From NCBI RefSeq assembly GCF_001194135.2, contig NC_068986.1:83179674-83243673 (forward strand): DNA of 64,000 bases, read 5' to 3'. This stretch comes from Octopus bimaculoides (Eukaryota). Every line of letters starts with the position of its first letter. Position 1 is the stretch's first letter. The translations under genes were made by a program, and so were the position numbers. Below the pieces are notes generated by a model that made no database searches, had not been told where the DNA came from, and saw only the letters and a program-made list of their open reading frames with translations. Below are positions 37,801-48,780 of this stretch, one piece after another.

Positions 37801-40800
37801 ATATCGTATCATAGACTTAACATTCCAAATTTCGTTACAAAACATGCACATTTTATTAAGCACAATCATCTGTATTCTCAGTAAATGAATTAAAATGATC
37901 ATGTGCTGGCAGGGAACTACTATTGTCTGAAAGATGGTAGTAGGTTAGTGCCCAGTGAAACCACTTGTTTGTGAAGTTATTCACTTGTTTTATTCTGCAC
38001 TAGCTTTTTACATTCAGCCAATTTTAAGTTGTTAAAAGTGATTTCCCCCTTATTTTTTTTTATATTTTGAACATTAAAAAAATCTTGCCAGCCCTTTTTT
38101 AAACAGTTGATTATGAAGCAAGTTGTTTGCTGTCTGAGATGCCATCCTTTCCAAAATCCCCAACATGAAGACAAGTCATCCATCTTGAGAAAATCCATTT
38201 GAAAACAAACTTTAAAATCATTACACTAACATTTGGGTTTTTATTAAACCCATTAAAACAAGTCAGCCACATACAACGTAGAAAAGAAGTGGACATGTTA
38301 CCTAATATTCAGAATTTGTAAATGTTCCACCTTTCTATCCAGCAAAATTACAAACAGAAGCTGCTATTCTACATCTAGAACAATAGAAAAAGTTGCAGAA
38401 TAAACTCAAGCACAGAAAGATATCAACATCCACATTACTCATCTGACCGTCACAGGTCACAGACTGGAGCATTCTCCACCTGCAGACAGACTTCCCATAC
38501 ACAGAAGAAGCACTATTCAGTCAGTCAAGTACATCAACCAAACTTAAAATACAATATCATCACCACCACCATCACTACCAAGCAGATACTCACCACCGCA
38601 CAGAACAAAACATAAAGCGGCCAGGTCCACACAAGGTGTCACTATACCCTGTAAACCCATCCATCTGTCTGACTCCTACGCTTGTTTGCCTTCCTACAAC
38701 CAAGTCTGGTTAGTTTACTGACCTGTGATTCTGTGTGCATTATACAGGGTGTAGGCCAGTGCAGGCTCGGCCCTCCTGCTACTACTACTACTGCTGGATG
38801 AGGAGGAGGAGGAGAATGTGAGCAGCATCGTGTTGATTGAACCATATCAGGCTCAACTACTTCATTGACCAACAGCTACTTCTGGCTTTAACCAAATCAC
38901 CATGGCTCCTTCCATTGCTGTTATCTCACCAGAAAATCAACTGGTAGATTTTTTATTTTTCTCCTTATTTTCCAGGATGTCTTTTATTAAAAATAATATT
39001 TATTTTTTAATATTTAAGTTTTCCATATATCTATTATACATTTCCTGTTTTTCCTTTTGGATTACTAATTTTCATTCTCTGAAGCCATTTAAGATATTGG
39101 CTTGCTTTCAAAAAATTGACATTACCATCTAACATTAAAACAGAAAAGGTTAGACTATAATGAGATATTTATTTCCTTCAATTTATTATTTTCATACATT
39201 AATCTTTTATAATGCTGGAACCTTTTAGAGCAAATGGAAGAAGTGTAGTCATCTTCATTTGATTACCATACGCTGACTGACTGACTGCTGCTGCTATCAC
39301 CAGTTTTGTGTTTTTAACTGCAACAAGTAATAGTTTGGAAATATAAGAAAATTCAGTTTGTATACAGAACACTGCATCTGGTTTTACTGTATTGAAAAGA
39401 TAAAGTATTTGTACTCTAGCAAGATCTGAACATATTCACAAACACACGTAGGCTGATTCTAAGTAGTGTAAGCAGAATAAACCCAGTGAAATGTTGAAAA
39501 TTTACATTTATTACATTACATCTAAATTGCTAGTCGAATGAATTCTAATTTAAAACTTCTTTATGCATAGGTAATTAGTGTAATGTGGATCAAATTAATT
39601 TAAAGTAATATATGCAGTGACTGCTCAATCATTCCCTACCTCCCCCCATACGATTATTTCGATGTTGATCCATTGAACTCTAAATCTAATAATCTCAGGC
39701 ATCTGACAAACTTTCCCAATTCCAAATATTTGGATTTAATCTTTTGTATTTTTGTAAATATAAAAATTTCACTTGGACTTCTTCACATTCAATGGGTTTC
39801 ACTTTTATTAAATGAACTATGAATTGAGAACTCCTTTCCATTTATTTTTTAAAATGTATGTATACCAAAAAAAAAAAAAAAAAAGCATTAGTTTATATTG
39901 CTGGGGTGAGTTTTCCATCCAGCTCATAGGTAAGTTGAGTAGAAAATTGCCAGTTATGTTTTGTTTTTGTGTGTGGGATCATGTGTTGATTTTTTTTCTT
40001 CTTCTTCCACTCCCTTTTCTGTGTCGTACATAATAGTCCAAACCACTGTAGTCAGATTCCCAGGCTGTAGTGAGTTACTTTCCTTGTACAGAATTGATAT
40101 TTGCCGGATCTTGCAACTGGGCTTTTTTTCTTCATCCACCTCTCCTCTCCCTTCACCACAGGACTTTTAAGAGAGATTACTACATTCTGGGAATGTAGAT
40201 TTTCTTTCTGGAGGACACACAAAGCAAGCTGTTTTAATTCATAAGTGCATGAACTGGTTAAATTTTAAAATTCCTTTGGATATATTAACATTTTTTCTTA
40301 AGGCGTAGGTGAGGTTGAAATAGTTCGATTTATGAGAATGCACAACTTGTGCTTGATTTTATATATTCTATACATTATCTCTGGTTTAGCTAATTCGCTT
40401 ACTAAATCTGCAAATTAACTCTTCCCATTCATCTTAGTTTTTATGATATTAACATTTTAATGTGTTTCCTAATTTACAGGGGTGGGGTTTTAATTTCTTT
40501 TTTTTCTCATTTCTAATTTACACTAAAGCTTTGTTTCATAATGATTCAGATCGAGGAGTTAATTTAGTTAGATTTACATTGCCACATTTCCTGAAAGTTA
40601 TGGCTGGTAATTTATGTTGACCAATCTTGTGCCAGCCAAATTCTTAGTAAATTCTTTCAGCTGAGAAAGTTAAAACCATAGTATACTAAAAGGCAACAGC
40701 AGTCAGTTTATCTGCGGTTTGTTTGGCAAACTAGTAACTTCACTGTCTGCCGCTTTCCTTGCTTGCTCTGAGACTTATCTCACCTGTGTCACTTTGTTTC

Positions 40801-42705
40801 AGGTAAGAGTCCTGTGGTTGCTAAAAATCAGCCTTTGCTGCAAGATCCGCGCTATGCACCAGGGCCCACTCCCTATGGTGAGTGTCCTCAATCACCAGGT
40901 GAAGTATTGTTCTAAAGCTCCATTTTCTTCTTAGTTGTTGTCACATCTCATAATGCTCTAGTTTTGAGTTGCATAATATTTAACAATAGAGCTTCTCTAT
41001 CTTGGTTACTAGAATTTATTTTAAGCAATACCTCTCTTTTAATATATTTTGGTGCCAGTTTTTGATACTGAAAAGTAGTGTCCTGTATAATGCAGAGTGC
41101 TACTTGGTCACACGTGTATTGAAAGTGATTGAATATATGCATTTAAAAAAAAAAAAATTTTTTTTACTTTATCTAAAAAGTGCTATACGGCAACTATTTG
41201 TGGTATCTGTTAGTGTGAATTGTTTACTGTGAAAATGCTTGTTAAATGGCATGGCAGGCTGCTGTTATTTTTTCAATATATCTTGGCCTTATGGGCTGTT
41301 CTCCATACTTTTTTTCTATTAGTGCAGATATTTTCTTCAAACTGTCTGCATCCTTAAACTATATTACAATGTAGATTTTAACAATCATTTAGTTCCTGTG
41401 TGATATTTTTCTTCTCCATTTGTGGATTTGGTATCTCTGGTTGGTTTTCAAACTATAAAATATACAGCCTTTATGTTTTAGCTAATTAACCTGAAATAAT
41501 TTTTGAACCCCTTGTCCTGTCAAGCTTATAGTAATTTTCTCCCCTCTCACTTAGTATTTTTCCCTTCTATTAGAATTAGCAAAATGTATTGAATCTTGCA
41601 TTTCTTAGTTTTTTCTTCTTTTTTTTTTAGCAACCATTTAAAATGTTTTCTACAAATTAAAGAAAATTTTTAAAATGTAGTTAAGGGCTAAAGTGAAACA
41701 AATTTTAGTATTCAGATTGAAAAATAAGTAATTTTGTACAAAAATGAATTATTAGCACCATTTCATATTTCATTATTTGCTTGCTGAATTTAATTTATTC
41801 ACATTGTCATCCAATCATTAATTCTTATACTCTAATTTGCCATAATGTTGATTTGCTTCATTTTATTCATTTGTTTATTTTTCATATCTAAAGAAGTTGG
41901 ACTCTTGGGTAATTTGCTTTTTATTTTTTTTTCTTCTTCCTCCATTTTGTCTTGGATGATTGCTTTTCTAGTGCTTGCTAGTCGTGTCATCTAAGATGTT
42001 GTAAAGTTACTGTTGTGCTACCTCGTATGTTTTGACTTAACTATACCTTTGGCTGGCATTAACACTTTCACAATCTTTCTTGGGTTGGGCAAGATATAGT
42101 TAGGATTAAAATAGTTTTTCTTTTTATGAGTGTCGTCTTGGTTTTTGTATTGTGTGTGTGTGTATATATATATATATCTATATATATAAATATATTAAAT
42201 GTGGCAGCTCTTGTACTGTTTGCCACCCCCTCAGCTTAATGGCTCTCTCTCTCACACCTATATTTGAATAAATATGGTACATATTCTTTTAGATATATAT
42301 ACATACATGCATAAAATATAAATGGAAATGGGTTTTTTATGAATACAGCTGCTCTGGTTCTTTTATGTTTGAACATGAAAGTGAATTCAGAGAGAAAGTT
42401 GGTATTGATATTTTAAATGTTTGGTATCAGCTTATGAGATTGTTTTTTATATAAACAAAAGAAAAAATACTCTTGATATTAAAACTCTTTGAGTTTGCCC
42501 TCTTTTGTAGATCTATTAAGAAATGGAGTTTTTCTCTGAAGTGTTTTAAATTATTGGATTGTTACATATGTGCAAATTTTGAGTTTTACACTGTACATAG
42601 CTGAGTGAGCCTACTGTTTCTGCAAAAGTTTTATTTAGTATTGAAAATGTTATTTTCGTATAACAGCTGATTTGGATTTTTTATTTTTTAAAAGAATTTT
42701 TTAAA

Positions 42706-42752
<47 letters not shown>

Positions 42753-45700
42753 AATACATTGCATTTGAAATTGTCTACATCTACAAAAATAGTATAAGTA
42801 CTGAGGTAAATTAATGGCTGCCTAAGCCCTGAACATAATAGTTTGATAATGATTGTTAGGAATTTTCCAACTATTAAATTTGGGGGATTTATGCTGTAAA
42901 TATTGCTTTGATTGTTATTGTCTTGCCAATCTCTCCTTCATTTTTTTCTTGTTAGTTAAAACTTAATTTGCTAATACTTTGTGCATTAGTTTTCATTATA
43001 TATTACTCTCTTGCTTTCACTCTTAATACACATTATGCCTCTAATTTTCCTTGCATGCTTTAACAAAACATTTCATTCAAAGCACTTGTATAGTAATTAG
43101 CAACTATTTTCCTTCATATTTTATGAATAAATAGTATGGTTTAAGCTACTTAATTAAATTTAAGGAAAAATATTGCCAGTCAGTAGCAGAATGCAAATAA
43201 TTTAGGACTCCAACTTTATTTACCTGCTCAGATTATCATAAAATGGTTGCGAGTTAGCATTAACAGCACATTTAAAATATTTGTTAAAGCTCTTAAGACA
43301 TAGAAATTAAAAGTTACAATGGATATTTTTGCCTTGGGATGGAAACTAAATCTCAGCAAAGCTACTAACCTGCGATTCCAGTTGGTAAGCAGTATAATAA
43401 ACTTGTAACCTATTGCTAGACTTCTTCATAATCTTATATTGAATAGGCAGCCTACTCATTAGGGATGTAGTCACAAAAGTTTGGTTGTATTTTATTTTCT
43501 TAAATTTTATAGAGCAGTAGGGGTGTTATTCATTATCATACGATTATCAACTGGCATGCCAACAAGTACATGTACTTCAATTGAAGAAATTTTCTGTTCC
43601 TCAATGATATTAGGATGATGGCTATGAAATTTGTAGTATTACTTATGTGGCCCATGGAAATTATTTTTATCATTTTGAGTCTTGGATATTTTGATTTGAT
43701 TGCTACTGAAATTGTTCTTTACATGTAATAAAGTTTTTATTTATTTTATTTGAATTAGCTATTGCAGAATTTTGGATCATAATTTAATAGAAATGTAATT
43801 GGAATTTTGGGCTGTGGTTTTTACTGCTTTTTTTTTTTTTCTTGCCATGTTTTCTCTCATGCTTAAAGTTGGTTGTTCTGTAATTTCTACATAAATTTAT
43901 TCTCAATTATTTTACAATGGATCATTTTATTGAAAGCTAATTAAGTGTAATTTGTCTGAAATAATTTTTAATATAATTAAACTGCTTATTAATATGCAAG
44001 ATATATGAAAGTAATCAATTTGATGCTATTATTTGTTTTAAATTCAAATTTTAGGGAATCATCCAGATGTGCGAAGAGGTGGTGGTGGTGGTCCTGGAAT
44101 GGGACCTCCACCTGGTGGCCATGGCGGTGGATATGGTGGGCCAGGTCCCATGTATGATGGTGATAATTATGACAACTATTGTGGTGGAGGAGGAGGGGGC
44201 AGAGGTGGCTATGGCATGCAAACTGAGCGTTATGGACCAGGCAGCACTGGAATTCTTGTAAGCTTTCTTTATATGTTAACATTAATTTCACTCATTTCCC
44301 TTTCCCCGCCAACAGCCTACACACAAATAAGTGCGTAGTGAATCACAAGTTCGCTTCCTGTTTCAAAATATTGAAAGACTGTTCAGGCAAGTTCTTTGCA
44401 AGAGTTTAGAGCTGTTCATGATAAATTTTATTAATCTAAGTGCTTATTCTCTGAATCTGTTAAGAATTTCTTGTGGTCCATTTCAGTATTTGTCTGTTCA
44501 AGATAAGCATATTGAATGACTGGTATGCTTTTATGGGTATTTTTTCAAAAACGAATTCAAACAAGAGTACTCAGAGAGCATAACCCTGTGACAAGAAAAC
44601 ACCAACATCCTCTCAATGATTAGCCACAGAAGATTTTTAAGATGGAAATATCTGAAATAAACTTTCTCTCACAAACAAAAATAAAAATGAGCCTGACTGT
44701 TCTTGAAAATTAAGTATTAAAAAAAATGATGGCGGGGTGATCCAGAACCCTTGTCTGGTTCCTGATCAATCTCAATGGTAGTCAAGGAATGTGAGGGTGG
44801 CTGTAGAAAATTTAGCAACTATCTAATAAAAGCCAGTGAACAAATTCCTCATTCAAAGTTGTTACAGCCTAAAGGGGAATAATTGAGAAAGACTTGAAAG
44901 TTAACGTGGGATCATAATCATGTAAAGTAGATATAACATAATCCAGAATCCTTGTCTGGTACCGGATTGATCCTAAAATCTAATCAGTTTGTGCCAGTCG
45001 TGAGGCCAAACATCCCTGAAAGTTTCATCTGGATCCACCCAGCGATTCTTGAGATATCATATCTTGTCCATGGACAAAGGACGCGACTGAAAACAATGCC
45101 TTCGCTAAGGTGGGGGTAATGATCTGTTTAATCTCAAGCACAGATTTTTTTTTAACTAGACATTTTGGGACTTCAGATACTGGTTTTACAAAATTAGTAC
45201 TGAGACAGACCAACAGAGCCTGTATGTGGTTGCATGACCTGCTAGAAAAAGTAGCCAAACTTTATTTACAGAATAGAAAATCCTGGCACATTCAACCAGT
45301 ATCCGAAGTTTCAAACTGTTAAAAAAAATTTTTGATCTGTGACTGAGATTGACAAGTTCCATGAAACTACTCTCATACAACACTGGATATTTTAAGAGTA
45401 AACCCTGTTCTGTGTACAGCCAGTATCCCAAGTTTCAAAGTGTTCAGTTAAAAAAGTTTTAAAAATCTGCTTGAGATTGAAAAGGTCCGAAATGTCTTTT
45501 TTGTAATGTATCATGGCTACATGAGCAAGTTTATCCTGTCCATATTTTTTTTTTTTTTTAGAGAGAAAATTTTAGATAAGCTGTGTCAATTCTTGTTACA
45601 GGTTTTTTGTGCATTACTATTATAGTGCAGGTTTCTCTTAGCCTTTTTTTTTTTTTTGTGTGTGTGTGTATGGCCAACTCAGAACTTATTTCGTTCTTTT

Positions 45701-48700
45701 TACTGTTTCCAATTTTACTTTTGACTTTTACTGACATCAGAAAGTTTATGGGTAAACTGCATTTGGAAAGAACATTTGTCGTTAATCTGGTTCAGTTGCA
45801 CACCATAAGTTAACTTATTAATCAAGTTCTGTGGTAACTGTTTCAGGCTGCAGGTAGATTGAGTTTTAGAAAGTGCAAAATGAATTGAGGTTAGGAAGTT
45901 AGCATTTGACATTTTTTGTGTTGAACGGTTTTAAAGTTTTGTGTTTGTTCTTTGAAGAATATACTTTTTACTTCCAGGATCGCTATGGTGCTCCTCCAAT
46001 GCCACCTTACGAAGATCCTAACTCGCGTATGATGGGGCAACACCAAAGTGGTGGTGGTGGTGGTGGTGGCGGTCCTCAACAAGGAGCAGTACTTATGGCT
46101 TATAGCCTTAATATGGATAAAATTAACTGTGATTCAATTTTCAATTTGTTCTGCCTTTATGGTAATGTTGTACGGGTAAGTTATGGTTGTTTTTTGTTTT
46201 GTTTTTCTTTCAGTAGAAATGTTTCTTAAACTACAAATTGTTTGCTTGAGATAACTTTTGTTTTTTTCTTTTTATAATTAGATTAAGTTCTTAAAGAGCA
46301 AAGAAGGGTCAGCAATGATCCAAATGGGGGATAATCAAGCAGTGGACAGAGTCATTCAGAATCTCAGTGGCTGCTACTTTGTTGGTAAAAAGATACAACT
46401 GGGGTTAGTATTTTTCATTCACTTAGTATATTCTTTTTGGCTACTGCTTCTATATGGGTAGCGTGTTTTACCAGCTGTGTTTTGTCTAAATTTGATTTAA
46501 GTGTCTCGGTGTGTATATAATGATTCTTCAATAAATCAAATTATTTGTCAAATGATTATCTTTGCCACAGTTTTATTAGTGAAAAGATTTATGGAAAAAT
46601 AGCCTTTTTTTTTTTGTCCCTCTGGAAAAATTGGCAATTATCTTCCATGTTTATTTTTCTTTTTAATACAGATATTCTAAGCAGGCTTTTCTGCAAGATG
46701 TTCCTAATCCACATACTCTTCCAGATGGATCTCCATCATTCAAAGATTTCATGGGTAGCCGAAACAACCGTTTCACTAACCCAGAAGCTGCAAGCAAGAA
46801 TCATATCCTTTTTGAATTAATTTTACATGAATAAATAACATGCATGCATTGTGTTAATACTTGTTGCATATAGTAACTCGTTTTATAGGTGGGGGGTGCA
46901 TTTAATTTTCTATTACTAAAACAGGATGGAAATATAAAATAAATTTAGTATAACAGAAACAGATAACTATTTGTTGTTGAATTATGTTTCCTTGTAAATT
47001 GTACAAATGTTTACAGTTTTGAGTTTTGCTTGAAATCCTTAACATACGTCAAGTATCCAAGGGCCTGCTAAAGTACTACACTATTTCAATGCTCCACCCA
47101 ATATAACAGAGGATGAAATCTGTCAGGTTGGTTATAATTATTTACTTTTAGTCTTTGATGTAAGAGAATGTTATGTTCTTCAATAAATTCCCATTCTATT
47201 TTGTACTAACTGAGCACATTTTTTATACCAGGTGTTTACAGATGCTGGAGCAAAGAGTCCTGTAAGGATTAAACAGTTTCCTTCCCGTAGTAAGTATTTA
47301 CTTTGTCTTTGTGTTTTCCTTCAGCTCATAGATGTGGCTGTGATGCCAGGCTTAGTCTTATTGTGTCACTGTGACCAGGTGTTTTTGATTATAGCCCCAG
47401 GCCAACCTAAGACTTGTTAGTGGATTTGGTAGATGGAAATAGAAAGAAGGCCATTGTGTGCATGTGTCTTTGTGTTGATTTCTCCCTCACCGCAACTATT
47501 TGACAACTAGTGATGGTTTGTTTGGAGCACCATAACTTAGAGAGGATCATAAAACTCATAGAATGTGCTAGGCTTTAAAGAATAGTACGTGGGGTCTTTT
47601 TTCTTTTTTTTTTTTAAGGACCCTTCAGGTTGGTGTTCTAGCATGGCCGCAGTGCAGTGACTGAGGCGGGTAAAAGATTAGTGTCAGGAAATTTAAGCAG
47701 GGTTTTCTTTATGGTGTTTGGTTTGATTTGCGTCAGTGTTAACTGAATATTTTTCTTAATAGTTTTAATTTGTGTTTCAGCGGAAAGAAGTTCTACTGGG
47801 CTGGTTGAGTTTGAAACTAAAGCCGATGCTATTGAAGGCCTTGTGGCTTGTAACCATCAAAGTATTCCCAATCCTAGTAAGTTCTGTTTTCATGAAATTT
47901 TTTCAGCTTTACACATAAATAGCACCTATGTTCACTGTGTATTATGTGCAGTGGTGAATTAATGATGAACTGAGGACCTCGTTCTATGGTATTTGTGAAT
48001 TTAGACTGGTTTTATAAAGTAAGACATCAGCATAGGAAATTGTTAGATAATATTCAATGAGTTATACAACAAAATTTTAATATTGAAGGATTGTGCAAAT
48101 TACTGGTTATGTGTTAACTTAATATACATTAAACAGAATGAAATACTGAAATGTAAATCAAATTTACATGCACAGGCTGGCAATATTCCTAGAAATGCTT
48201 GGATTTCTAACTTCTGAACATGTATGAGATGTCTCCTTTCCTTCTGCATAAGGTTTAATTTCTACGGAAATCACTCCAAAGGATAAAGTAAAAAATTAAT
48301 CTAATAGTTTCATTTCCTTGAGAGGATTGTAGCCACATCTAACATCTTCCTTAAAAATTACTAAGAAAAGTATTTTAAAAATTTTTACTATATTCAGGTG
48401 CAAATCAATGGAAAAATTGATAGAAATCTCCAGTGGTTTGCAGCTCTCAGATGTAAAATAGTGTAAATTTGTTTACATGGTGAAATCATGTGTTATCACA
48501 AATGTACGATTGAAATTTGCACTGAAATTTTCCATTTAAACACAACTAGGTTATTACAGTCATTTTTGAGCAGGTTTGCAACATTTGCTTGTGAAATTTT
48601 AAGCCAGCTATACCATCTTGGTATCGAAAGGGTTAAAATTTGTAATTAGTATGTGACATTGTTTACTTGACTAAATTGCTTACAACGGCTCAAGTATATG

Positions 48701-48746
48701 ATTCTTATAGTAGTACTCTAATATGACTAAAATAAACATACTTTCC

Positions 48747-48780
<34 letters not shown>

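Noticed and set aside
40541-40595. Possible intronic C/D box snoRNA (ATGATT...CTGA), also ATGATGA at about 47973
   Set aside because: Imperfect box C, no terminal stem, or boxes too close together.
47046-47047. AC as the acceptor of the second U12 intron
   Set aside because: It is too close to the branch point and shifts the frame by 5 nt, destroying RRM4.
48398-48420. Alternative terminal exon (S-ANQWKN-stop) after TATTCAG
   Set aside because: It would delete the conserved KLCFS strand of RRM4 and lies next to MITE-like sequence. No support beyond the acceptor.
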